Positions 39,570 through 51,828 of a stretch of 64,000 nucleotides of DNA are shown in pieces. Position 1 is the stretch's first letter. Each line of letters opens with the position of its first letter. A model generated the notes under the pieces. The model did not search any database. It was given only the letters and a program-made list of their open reading frames with translations, and had not been told where the DNA came from. The stretch spans positions 8,804,001-8,868,000 of the forward strand of contig NC_073402.1 in assembly GCF_028641065.1 (NCBI RefSeq). Direction: 5' to 3'. The translations under genes and the position numbers were made by a program. This stretch comes from Leucoraja erinacea (Eukaryota).

Positions 39570-40496
39570 AGGCTTTTAGGAAGGAACATGGAAATGCAGT
39601 GAACAGAGGAATGTGGATCACGAGCAGAGGAGATAATTTAACTTGGCATCATGTACGGCACAGATACTGTATGTGGGCCACAGGGCCAGTTCCTGTCGAT
39701 GTTCTTTGTTCTAACTTGGTGAGTCAACGGTTTGGGTCTCGGCCCTGGTGGTCTTGCAGTCAGCTCCAGTGATGGCTTCACTCTCCTTCACCCACACTTT
39801 GTCTGGACAATCAGCTTCTGCATGTTAGATGCTGTAGTCTGAAGAAGGGTTTCGGCCCGAAACGTTGCCTGTTTCCTTCGCTCCATAGATGCTGCTGCAC
39901 CCGCTGAGTTTCTCCAGCACTTTTGTCTTCCAGCTTCTGCTGTCCCCTTCTCTACACCTCACTGCCCATTCTGTTGCCACGTTGCATGTCAACGAGGGCT
40001 GCTGCCTGGTGCAGGAACAGCCTGACCTCACCTGTGGCTAACTCGATTTGCCTACTTACTTGGAAGTCGCTGGTGTCTGCAACCACATCCGGAGGTGACT
40101 TAACTAATTTAGAGGAGATGTGTGAGGCTTTTTTTTTTACAGAGTGGTGGGTGCCTGGAACATGCTACAGAGTTGGTGTTGGAGGCCGATACGATAAAGG
40201 TGTTTAATAGGCTTTCAGATAAGCACATGGATTTGCTGGGAATGCAGGGATGTGGATCATGTGCAGGAGATAATATTAATTTATATTTACATCATGCTCA
40301 GCATAAACATTGTGGGCTGAAGGGTCTGTTCCTGCTGTACTGTTCCGTGCTCTCTATTCTATGTAATACAGTGAACCTACCATGTACTTGTGAAGGGAAA
40401 TTTATTTCTAACTGTAGGTGGTTCAAAAAGAGAATATTTGAAAATCAAATGTTGTAAATAGACAGAAGGCAGTGGGGTCACTGAGTGTATCAAAAT

Positions 40497-40615
40497 GGGG
40501 TGGGAGATTGCAACCTTCACGTGGTCCGCCCTGTTTCGATGAATGCAATCAACCTGGCGTGCGCAATCAAATAAGATCAAATAGAACAACTTTAGGCTGT
40601 GCACGCCATACGCAC
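40497..40615 (+). mobile_element. Short retroelement family 1 copy (ribozyme domain 40497-40550, catalytic C changed to T)
   Basis: GGGGTGG-GA-GATTGCA-ACC-TTCACGT-GGT-CCGCCCT-GTTTCGATGAA-TGCAATC; no clear TSD. Confidence 0.75.
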
Positions 40616-40624
40616 GTATGAGGC

Positions 40625-41045
40625 GAAAAGCAAATTGGAGGAACAGCATCTTATATAATATTTCACTTGGGCAGCTTACATCCCAGTGATATGAATATTG
40701 ATTTCGACCTCTCTGTCCTGGGTCTCCTCCATGGCCACAGCGAGCAGCACCGGAAATTGGAGGAACAGCACCTCATATTCCGTTTGGGGAGTTTGCACCC
40801 CCGGGGCATGAACATCGAATTCTCCCAATTCTGTTAGTCCTTGCTGTCTCCTCCCCTTCCTCAGCTCCCCTACTATCTCCTCCCACCCTCCAGCCTTCTG
40901 GCTACTCCTCCTTTTCCCTTTCTTGTCCCGACCCACCCCCACCCCCGATCAGTCTGAAGAAGGGTTTCGGCCCGAAACGTTGCCTATTTCCTTCGCTCCA
41001 TAGATGCTGCTGCACCCGCTGAGTTTCTCCAGCTTTTCTGTGTAA
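40625..41045 (+). mobile_element. Penelope 3' fragment with hammerhead-like motif (40951-40984)
   Basis: DLSVLGLLH..EQHRKLEEQHLIFRLG; CTGAAGA-AGGGTTTCGGCCC-GAAACGTT. Confidence 0.75.
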
Positions 41046-41174
41046 CCGATGAATATCCATGGGTTGTGCTGGAGTAACTGAGCTATTCAGACAGAGGCAT
41101 CCCCTTTACAGATGGAATTGAGTTTCTCTGGGTGATGGAGTTGTGGACAGGCAGATGTTTATTGAAGATTCAGT

Positions 41175-41380
41175 TACAATGAATTCAGTTACAGGGCGGC
41201 ACGGTGGCGCAGCGGTAGAGTTGCTGCCTTACCCGGAGACACGGGTTCGATCCCGACCACGGGTGCTGTCTGTACGGAGTTTGTACGTTCTCCCCGTGAC
41301 CGCGTGGGTTTTCTCTGAGATCTTCAATTTCCTCCCACGCTCCAAAGACGTACAGGTTTGTAGGTAAATTGGCTTGGTAT
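41175..41380 (+). mobile_element. tRNA-derived SINE (HE1-like), 5' part
   Basis: GGTGGCGCAGCGGTAGAG (A box) and GGTTCGATCC (B box). Related copies at 15472-15740, 19280-19447 (-), 46020-46310, 53525-53815 and 56500-56850. Confidence 0.75.
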
Positions 41381-42158
41381 AGGGTGATTTCATGAAAGGT
41401 CACTAGATCATAGATCCTCACTCACGTGGACGCAAAATTTAACTGGGGTACAAACGTCACTTCCGGTACATGTTATTGATGCTGGAAACGCATACTTTCA
41501 CACCCGTTAAAAACCGCGAAAACGGCCCGTTTTTGAGCTGTAAATAACTGTGCCAGTCGGGGTGACCGTGAGGCACAGTTATCTTACTTTAGAGTCCAGA
41601 AGATACAGAAAAACGAAGGTAAAGACAAGAGGGAGCTGAAGGGGCAACAACAGCGGAAGTGGTTAGCAAACATTGGCCGTGGAGATATAACCATAGAAAA
41701 TATTGGGAATTATCGCGTTTGCTCAATGCATTTCATCAAAAGTAAGGCATTGTGTTTTATCTTTATTAATTTGTTATTTAATAAGTTTTAAAAGTGGAAA
41801 ATCCATCATTAAAATTGCAAAATCTTCCATGGTTCTCAGGTGGGTTTTAACATGCAAAAAGAAAATGCTTCTGAAGCTACATTTACCATTTAAATAATCG
41901 TAAACCATAAATGCGTTTTGAAATGAATTTTAGATGCAAGCTAAGGAATGGGATAATTGTCAGCTGTTAATTGGATAATAATAATAAAATGTCCTGATTT
42001 TGTCCAATTAGCAGCTGACAATTATCCCATTCCTTAGCTTGCATCTGAGTCAAATTCATTTCAAAACGCATTTATGGTTTACGATTATTTAAACAGTTAA
42101 ATTTAGCGTCCACGTGGGTGAGGATCTATGATCCAGTGACCTTTCGTGAAATCACCCT
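41381..42158 (+). mobile_element. ISL2EU/Harbinger-like MITE with THAP-domain remnant, inserted in a tRNA-SINE
   Basis: ~65 bp TIRs AGGGTGATTTCA..., AT flanks on both sides. 41522-41741 translates to a THAP-like domain (C..W..RVCSMHF) with lost start and an internal stop. Confidence 0.8.
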
Positions 42159-42810
42159 ATTGGTGTAAAATGTCCCTAATGTGTGTAGGGTATTAGACAA
42201 TACATAATAGGTGCAGGAGTGGGCCATTCGGCCCTTCGAGCCATTGATTAATGTGTCGGGATTGCTGGTCAGTGCGGACTCTGATTCTCTAAACTAAACT
42301 AAATAGTTAAAGCTGTGTTTGAGTACAGAGCTCACGTGGTCATAGTATTTTGTAATAGTTGATATCGTATAAAGTTCAGCAGTTCCTTGTGGTATCCGGT
42401 ACCACAGGGAGGGCCACTACTGATATCAGTACTTTATCTGTGGCATTGGCTGGCTCTGAACAGCCGTTGGAGACAGTTCCGTGATGTGCTGATTGCGAGC
42501 CGCGTCCAGTTTCCCCCCGACCGCACGGCTTCAGGCTCAACCCGGGGAACTGGTGATGACCACCGACAAGAACCAGGACCAATGCTCTTGGGGGGAGACT
42601 CCAGGTCCCACACACACACCACTGAATGCTCACCTTCCCCAGAGTTAGGGCAGACTGCAACCAAGTTTCTGTATTCAATTCAGAAGAGAAATTGAGGTAC
42701 TGGTGGAAGAGGAAGGTAGCTGGGATCAAGTGTATCCCTGGAGGAGATTCAGGAACTGAGAAGCATAATTAAGAAGGAGATCTGGAGGGCATAAAAGGGG
42801 GCAGGAGATA

Positions 42811-44668
42811 ATAATAATAACAATAATAATAATAATCTTTATTACGGACTCAAGGCCCAGACAAGGGGCAACATTACATTAAAAATGCATTGCATATCAA
42901 ATATCATAAATACATATAAAATCATGGTATATCACATAAAAACATCATAATTTATATATTTTTAAAACCCACAATACTTAAGTTAAAAATCCAGATTAAA
43001 AGATGATCAATATCCTACAACGAGACAACGATACCAGTGTCTCCACAACTGGGATTCGTAGCGTGTAGTGCTAACCCTTATGTTTGTCAAGGCCCCAATA
43101 AGCACATTTTTAGAGTCATTTATCCTGCAAATGAATTTATACATGTGGTGTCTTAGGATAGCTTCTAAAGTACTGACTCCTGCAGCCACAAACATATTAC
43201 TGGCACTACACCATCTAGGTTGCCTTAGCAGTGTTCTCATGGCATCGTTATATGCCACCTTTAGTCTCTGCATACTTGACTTTAAATAGTTCGACCACAG
43301 GTGCGCAGTGTAGAGGGGTGTGCAGTATGCTCTAAATAGCGACATCTTCACCACATCTGCACACGCACCAAATTTACGCAAGAAGATATTTGCCTGTACA
43401 TACAGCATGCGTCGTTGCCTATTAATATCCTCATCATCTGTCATTTGTCCTGTAATAATATGCCCTAGATATTTTATCTTATTACAGACACTAAGATTGT
43501 TGTCAGACAATTTAAAAACAGGATATTTTAGGCATTTATCCTCTTTGGTTCTACAGACCATAACAGCACTCTTACTAGCATTATATTTAATGTCATGTTC
43601 CACACCATACACGGAACATATAGTAAGGAGCTGCTGGAGACCAGCGCTAGATGGACTAAAGACCACAAGATCATCTGCATACATAATATGGTTCACTAAA
43701 ATATTACCAATCACGCACCCAGTGTTACAGGCTTTCAATTGTTTAGACAGATCATCAATATATAGATTAAAAAGGACTGGGGACAAAATGTCCCCTTGTC
43801 TAACACCATTGCTAACCCCAAATGGGGCTGAGACCCTATTGCCCCATTTTATTTGCATAGTCTGGTGGGCATACCAGTAGGCCAGAATTCTAACAGTGTA
43901 TTCAGGCACCCCTCTTTGACTCGTTTACCAAACAGCTTTCTGTGATTAACACGGTCAAAGGCTTTGGAAGCATCAACAAAGCACATAAGGATTGAAGAGT
44001 TTTTGCCTCTATATTTGTTTACAATCTCCTTTAGGGCATATATGCATGTCAGTGCCATGTTTAGCTTTAAAGCCTAACTGGTTATTTGTGGAGTTAACAA
44101 ACTCATTTATTCTATCCAGCAGAACTCTTTCTAAGACTTTTGACAATATGCTGGCTAAAGCTATGGGCCTGTAATTATTTAGGCTGCCTACTTTACCAGC
44201 TTTCTCCTTAATGACCGGCATTAACAGGACAGACAACATTGAGTCTGGTAACAAGCCATGAATCATAAAGCCAGTAAAACAAATAGCTAGGAGAGGAGCT
44301 ATCCTCATACTCGCATACTTAAGATGTTCAGCAGAGATATGATCCAAGCCACTTGCTTTGTTGTTGGACAGCTTGTTCATGGCATGATACACCTCATGTG
44401 ACATAATCACCATCAAGTCATTACTCTCAATATTTTCCACCCTATACAAGTCACCTTGGACACAGTTGAATAAAGTGCTATAATGTTGTCGCCATAACTC
44501 CGCGATATTAGCTGTTCCGGAGATTCCATCTACAGTACATGGTAGAGATGTTTTGCAACTGCTAAGAGCTCTCACTTCCTTTCAAAAATCTGTAGCATTG
44601 TTACTTAGCAGCTTCTTAGCCATGGAATCAGCCCTCATAGCTTGCTCATTTTTACAGATGAAGCGATC
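42811..44668 (-). mobile_element. 5'-truncated RTEX-like non-LTR retrotransposon
   Basis: RT motifs NGVRQGDILSPVLFNLYIDDL and MYADD; (ATT)n tail; interrupts a CR1 fragment. Confidence 0.8.
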
Positions 44669-45489
44669 AGATAGTTCTGCTAGATAAAGTTAAGGGAAAT
44701 CCAAAGAGATTTGATGTCAATTAGGGGAAAGAGGGTGACTAGAGAGAGGGTAGGGCCCCTCAGAGGTCGAAGTGGTCACTTCTGTGTGGATCCACAGGAG
44801 ATGGGCAAAGTCTTCAATGAGTGTCTCAACCCTGGCTTTACTGTGGAGAAACACACAAAGACTGTGGACCTTGGGACAGTTAATACATGTGTCATGAGAT
44901 CAGAAGATTGATATAAAATGCTGGAGTAACTCAACGATCAGACAGCATCTCTGAAGAAAGGGAATAGGTGAGGTTTCAGGTCAAGACCCTTCTTCAATCT
45001 GTCTTGAGTAAAGCCTGTATTATGGTCAAGGAGATACTGAACGTGCTAGAGTGTATTAAGATAGATAATTCTCCCAGACATGATCAGGTAAATCCTAGGA
45101 CACCTTGGGAAGCTTGGGATGAAATTGCAGGCATCCTGGCTGAGATATATGATTCATCATTAGATTCAGGTGCAGTGACAGAAGACTGGAGGGTGGCTAA
45201 TGTTGTGCCTTAATTTGCAAGGGCTGCAAGGAAAAGCCTGGGAACTATAGACTGGTGAGCCTAACATTACATTACCCGAGATTATTCTGATGGATAAGAT
45301 ATGTTTGCATTGGATAGACGGGTTGATTAGTGATAGTCAGCATGGTTTTGTGTGTGGGAAATTGTGTCTCACATATCTGTGAGTTTTTGAAGAAGTAACC
45401 AAAAAGGTTGATGAGGGCAATGCGGTCTTTATTGATTTTAGCGAGAAATCAGTTGTCAAAGGACATGTATGTTGACGAATGCTCTCCTG

Positions 45490-46337
45490 AATTTCTTCAG
45501 GTATACGGGAGAGAGCATAATGTCGGGTTGCCTCACAGCCTGGTTTGACAACTTGAACACCCAAGAACTAAGCAGATTATAAAACGTGATGAACACTGCC
45601 CAGTCCATCACGGGTTACTGACCTCCCCACCATTGAAGGGATCTACAGGAGGCAATGCCTCAAAAAGGCAGCTAACATCATCAAACACACACACCACTCT
45701 GGCCATGCTCTCATTTCACTCCAACTTTCGGGAAGAAGATACAGGAGACTGAATCCGTGACCAGTAGGTTCAGAAATAGTGTCTGCCCAACACCACCAGG
45801 CTCCTGAACACCTTAAACCACAACTCTTCTTCCACTAAAGACTGAGCTTTGATGCATTAGTACTGGAGGTTATCTGTTAATTGATTTTATTTGGTTATTG
45901 TGTGTTGTCTGTGAGTATTGTGTTTACATCCTTGTTATGCAGCTACAAGCAAGAATTTCATTGTTTTGTTGGACTGGACAATTAAACACTCCTGACTCTT
46001 TCATTTTGCTTCACTTGGGTGGCACGGCTTCGCAGCGGTAGAGTTGCTGCCTTACAGCACCAGAGACCCGGCTTCCATCCTGACTCTGGATGCTGTCTGT
46101 GTGGAGTTTGTATGTTCTCCCTGCGCGGGTTTTCTCCAGGTGCTCCAGTTGCCTCTAAAGTCTTACAGGTAGGCTAATTGGCTTGGCAAATTTATAAATA
46201 ATGTCCCTGGTGTGTGTAGGAAAGTGTTAGTGTGCGGGGATCGCTGGTCGGTGTGAACTCTGTGGGCCGAAGGGCCAGTTTCCACGCTGTATCTCTCAAC
46301 TGAACTAAAAACATTTTGTCAACCTATCCCATTTTTT

Positions 46338-46393
<56 letters not shown>

Positions 46394-46894
46394 CCTATTC
46401 AAACCTTTAATATTTATATCATTGAATAAAAGAAATACAGATCTCATGCCTGTTTATGTTATAATAGTTGATATCATATAAAGTTTAGCAGTTCCTTGTG
46501 GTGTGTCCGGTGCCACAGGGAGGGGCCGGTACTGATATCACTTTATCTGTGGCATTGTCGTTGAACAGCCGTTGGAGACAGTTCCGTGCTGTGCTGATTG
46601 CGAACCGCGTCCAGTTTCCCCCCGACCGCACGGCTTCAGGCTGAACCCGGGGAACTGGTGACGACCACCGACAAAGCTGCAAACCAGCGGGTGTTGCACA
46701 CAGTCCACAGGCTCTCATTCAGACAGGCGGGAAGAGAGAGGGGAAGGGCTCCAAGGTGCGGGGAGCCTGGAACCAGGACCATTGCTCCTGGGGGGAGACT
46801 CCAGGTCCCACACACACCACTGAATGCTCACCTTCCCCAGTGTTAGGGCAGACCAAGTTTCTGTATTCAATTCAGGGGAAGTAAATTGGATGAA
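45490..46894 (+). repeat. Left copy of ~1.35 kb direct duplication flanking the L1
   Basis: Near-identical to 53005-54340. Confidence 0.92.
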
Positions 46895-46896
46895 GA

Positions 46897-46927
<31 letters not shown>

Positions 46928-47225
46928 ATATTTTATTTTATTAGAAGTAAGCACAGTCATATGGCACCAAAGTGCCTAATATATATTTTCATAATACATT
47001 TTATGTACAACTTCTTTTTTTTTTTTTTTGTTACATTGAAAAAAGATGAGAATAAGAAAAAGAGGTTAGATAGTAAAGGATAGAAAAATGTGAAATATAT
47101 AAGTGTGTGAAGAAAGAAAACGAGTAAATGAAGAAAGTTGAGAGAGAAAATAGTGAAAAGAAAAGGAGATCATTATTTATAGTCTTGACCAACCAACCCT
47201 CGTCCAGTCCTGAAACAGTTATTTT

Positions 47226-50200
47226 TTACAATTGTGTTACACCATATGATTCCAAAAAAACGACGAATGGAGACCAACTCGTTATGAATTGGTCTGATTT
47301 ATCCATTAGGAGGAATCGCATTTCCTCAAGATGAGCAGTGTCCAACATACTTGCAATCCACATTTTAAGCGTTGGTATTGATGTACCCTTCCAAAATTTA
47401 AGTATTAATTTTTTTGCTATTATTAAACCATAATTAAGGAATAGATTTTGAGATGTGTTCAATTTATTCCCATCTTCCATTACACCAAATATAATCATTT
47501 CAGTATTAGGTTCCATTCTTGTCTTGAATAATTTTGTAAGTATTTCAAAAATATCATTCCAAAATCTATAAAGTTTTATGCAGGAAACTAAGGAGTGTGT
47601 TATAGTTGCCTTTTGGGCTAGACATTTATCACAAGTGGCGGATATATTTGGATAAAATTTGTTCAATCTTGTTTTTGAATAATATAATCTATGTACAATT
47701 TTAAATTGTATTAGATTATGTCTTACATTAATTGAACATTTGTGAATATATATCAGGTATTTTTCCCATTTAACCTTCGTAATTTTTATCATTAATTCCC
47801 GTTCCCACTCTTCTCTAAGTACCTCTGTCGATGGTAGGTCTATATTTAGAATACTATTATATAAATAGGATATTAATTTTTGTGAGTCAGCTTCAATATT
47901 CATTGCTTCTTCCAATAAGTCAGGAGTTACTTTTTGATATCCTTGTATATATTTTTTCACAAAGTCGCAAATCTGAAGATATTTAAAATATTGATTGTTT
48001 TTCAATTTAAATTTTAATTGTAGTTGTTGGAATGATAGTAGGTTTCCTGTTTCGTACATATCCCTGATCCTTCTAATTCCGAGACTTTCCCATTGGTTAT
48101 ATGTCTTATCAATAAGAGATGGTTTAAATAAAGGGTTATTCGCAATTGGCATTAACAGTGATAGATTTCTTAATTTTAAAGATAATTTTATTTGTTTCCA
48201 AATTCTTATTGTACCATATATAATTGGGTTCTTCTTATATATTGTGTTATTCAGTTTTTTTTGGGGGAAAAGAGGATCGTTCCTATATTACAAGGATGAC
48301 AATCCTCCTTCTCCATTTTTATCCATTCTGTCTGTTGTGTAGAACTATCCAACCAATAAATCATATTCTTAATATGCACTGCCCAGTAATAATACATAAA
48401 ATTCGGAAGTGAAAGTCCCCCGACCTCTTTTGGTTTACATAAGTGTTTTTTTGTGATTCTATGTGATTTATAGTCCCAAATATAATTTGTAATGTTAGAG
48501 TCTAATTTTTTTAAAAAATATTTTGGTATATATACCGGTATAGACTGAAATAGGTATAGTAATTGTGGTAGGAAGATCATTTTTATTGCATTTATTCTAC
48601 CTAATAATGATAAGGGAAGTGTTTTCCAAAATTTAATCTGTGTATTAAGTTTATTTAATAAAGGTATGAAATTAGCATTGAATAATGCTTTATATTTTCT
48701 AGTAATCTGAATACCCAAATATTTAAATTTTTCTGTTGCGATTTTAAAGGGGAACTTCAGTAAGTGTGTAGGTTCTTGAGGTTTTAATGTCATGATTTCG
48801 CTTTTGTTCCAGTTTATTCTATATCCAGAAAAAGACCCAAATTCCTCTATTAAGTTTAATAAATTTGGTATGCTCGTTTGTGACTTTGTAATATATAAAA
48901 GTATATCGTCTGCATATAATGAGATTTTATTCTTTGAGTCCCTGGTATTATAGCCCTGAATATTCGGATGAATTCTTATACTTTCAGCCAGAGGTTCTAT
49001 CATAAGGGCAAATAGCAGGGGTGATAGTGCACATCCCTGCCTATTACCCCTTGATAGTTGAAATTTTTGAGATAACATGTTATTAGTTAAAATTCTTGCC
49101 ATCGGTTTATCATATAATAATTTTACCCATGTTATAAAATTCTCTCCCATGTTAAATTTTTGTAGTACTTTATATAAATATTGCCACTCTACCTGATCAA
49201 ATGCTTTCTCTGCATCCAAAGAAATAATTGATATATCTTCTTCCTCTACTTTATGCGAGTACATTATATTAAACAGACGTCTCAGATTATTAAATGAGTA
49301 TCTTTTAGGTATAAACCCCGTTTGATCAGGGTTTATCAGTTTACTAATATATTTGCTTAATCTACTTGCTAAAATCTTTGCTAAAATTTTCTGATCTGTA
49401 TTTAAAAGTGATATAGCTCTGTACGAGCCCGGATCTTCTAAATCTTTATCTTTTTTTGGAATAAGCGTAATAGTTGATTCTGTTAGTGTTTCAGGTAGTT
49501 TGTTTTCTTTAAAAGCATGGGAGTATAAATTAAATAAATAAGGGGCCGTTATCTCCTGAAATTTTTTATAAAATTCATTATTAAAACCATCTGGTCCCGG
49601 TGTCTTACCATTTTTCAGCGATTTTATTGTTTCACTTATTTCTTTGATTGTAATTTGAGCTCCTAGTTCCTCTTGTTCCAAAGGGTCCAGTATTGGAAGA
49701 TTACAGTTATCTAGAAATTTTTTTATTTTACTATCTTCTATTTTAATTTTAGATGTATATAAGTTTTGGTAAAATTGGGCAAATCTATTATTAATATCTT
49801 TAGGTAATATTAGTAATTCGCCTTTCTCTGATTTAATTTTGGTTATAGTATTTTCCCTTTCTTGTTTTTTCAATTGGCGAGCTAAAAGTTTATGTGGCTT
49901 GTCACCAAACTCAAAATGTTCCTGTTTTGTAATTTGGAATAGTCTTATTACTCTTGCCGATAAAATTCGATTAAGTTTAAATTTCAGTAATACTATCTTA
50001 TTGTGTTTATCTGTCGTGGAATCTTTGGCATTATCCAACTCTAACTGTCTGATTTCTTGTTCTAACAACAATTGTTCTGTCTTATTCTTTTTATTTTGAA
50101 AACTTTGGTATGAAATTATAATTCCTCTCATAAATGCCTTAAAAGTTTCCCATAATAAAGAAGGCGAAGTACCTGGTATATCATTTGTATCGAAAAAAAG

Positions 50201-51039
50201 TTTCATTTGTTGTTTTAAATATTGATATCCTTGCACGTCATTTAAAATATGTGTATTAAACCTCCAAAAAATTTTTTTTACCCGGCATTCCCTCAAATTT
50301 TACTGAGAATGTCAACGGAGAATGATCTGAGATACTACTAATGTGGTATGTTGGGTTGTTTTGTATAAGGCATTAATTTCATGTCCACTAAAAAATAATC
50401 AATTCTTGAATAAGTTTTATGCACCGGAGAGTAAAACGAGTATTCCCTTCCAACTGGATTAGCAGATCTCCATACATCTATTATATTAGTATTTTTTATA
50501 TATGTATTTAGAAGTTCGCTAGTTTTAGATTTTAAATTACTCTTCTTTTGTTTTGATGACTTATCTAGATATGAATCTAAAACACAGTTAAAGTCCCCCC
50601 CTATTATCACATTTTGGTAATTAAACTCTGATATTATATCAATAATTTTATCAAAAAATTGGGGGTTATCAAAATTCGGAGCATAAATATTTATCAAAGT
50701 TAGTGGGGTTGCATAAATTTCACCCGAGACTATAGTATACCTTCCCTCTTTATCTGATATAGTATTCTTTAATTTAAAAGGAATACCTTTCCTAATAAGA
50801 ATAGCTGTACCCCTAGATTTAGAAGTAAATGAGGAGTAGTATGTTTGGCCTATCCAATTCGCCTTTAATCTTATTTGTGTTTGTTGTTTCATGTGGGTCT
50901 CCTGCAAAAACATTATGTCGCTTTTCAACGATTTTAGTTGGGCAAAAATTTTACCCCTCTTAATTGGTTCGTTGGCACCCCTTATATTCCAACTACAAAA
51001 TGTAATTCCTCCATTCTTTATTTGTCTATCGTCTTGCAT
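47226..51039 (-). pseudogene. L1 ORF2p (endonuclease-RT), split by frameshifts into three ORFs
   Basis: SWNIRG, LQETH, GGDFN, SRIDYF (51039-50338); PGPDGF, QGCALSPLLF, YADD (50296-48251); C-terminal domain (48152-47226). The breaks lie near homopolymer runs. Confidence 0.85.
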
Positions 51040-51828
51040 TGTAATCAGGGTAATATTCCTGAATCATATGGTGCAACCAAATACCTCAGAATTTTAGGAC
51101 TTGGGTGGTCATCCCGGTTCATTAGATTTATATTGCATCTCCTTCTTGTAAAGTGCCTTAGAAAAAGAAAAAAAGAATGTGATATACAATTACTTTCAAA
51201 AAAATTAAACAGATAAAAATTGTGCTTTAAAAAAAAAAAGGTGCTATTAAGGTATCTAAGGGAAGATACCTTAAGGACGAATAGCCATCAATGATGGCAA
51301 AAAATGTATCGACCTCCGTGATGTTGTTATACATTGAGCTCCTCCCCCTTGGTGAATCCTCATAAAAAGTTACATACCGTTTCATATTTTGTCTTTTCTT
51401 ATATGAGTTTATCAAACCAGTGAGTGACAGCCGAGAGAAAAAATAAAAAATTTAAAAAAAAAAGTTACCAGGAAGAGACATAAAGAGTAAAAAAAAACCC
51501 AAAACAAATATAGAACACAACATATACACGATTTTATATAAGTATATATGTCCTTCCAATTATCCAATCTTAGTCTAATCTAAACTTTCCAATATATATC
51601 CCCCCAGGATTCTTACATAATATCCCTTTCTATAACTACCATACATCATACAGGCCGGTACCAAAGGGTTAACTACCGTACAGGCAGGTGCCAAGGGGTT
51701 AAACTTTGAGCTTTTCATCCAAGGTTGAATATAACCAAGCTCTCTGAATAACACATTCCAACGAGATAAGCTTTTTAATTGTCTGGTTAGCTCGGCCATT
51801 TTAATCAGTTCAAAGCTCTGTAAAAAGT

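Noticed and set aside
41175-41260. tRNA gene
   Set aside because: A/B boxes continue into a SINE body; no complete cloverleaf or poly-T terminator.
46485-46880. Telomerase RNA or RNase P RNA (CCCTAAC motif, GC-rich)
   Set aside because: No full template, pseudoknot or H/ACA features and no RNase P conserved regions recognisable.
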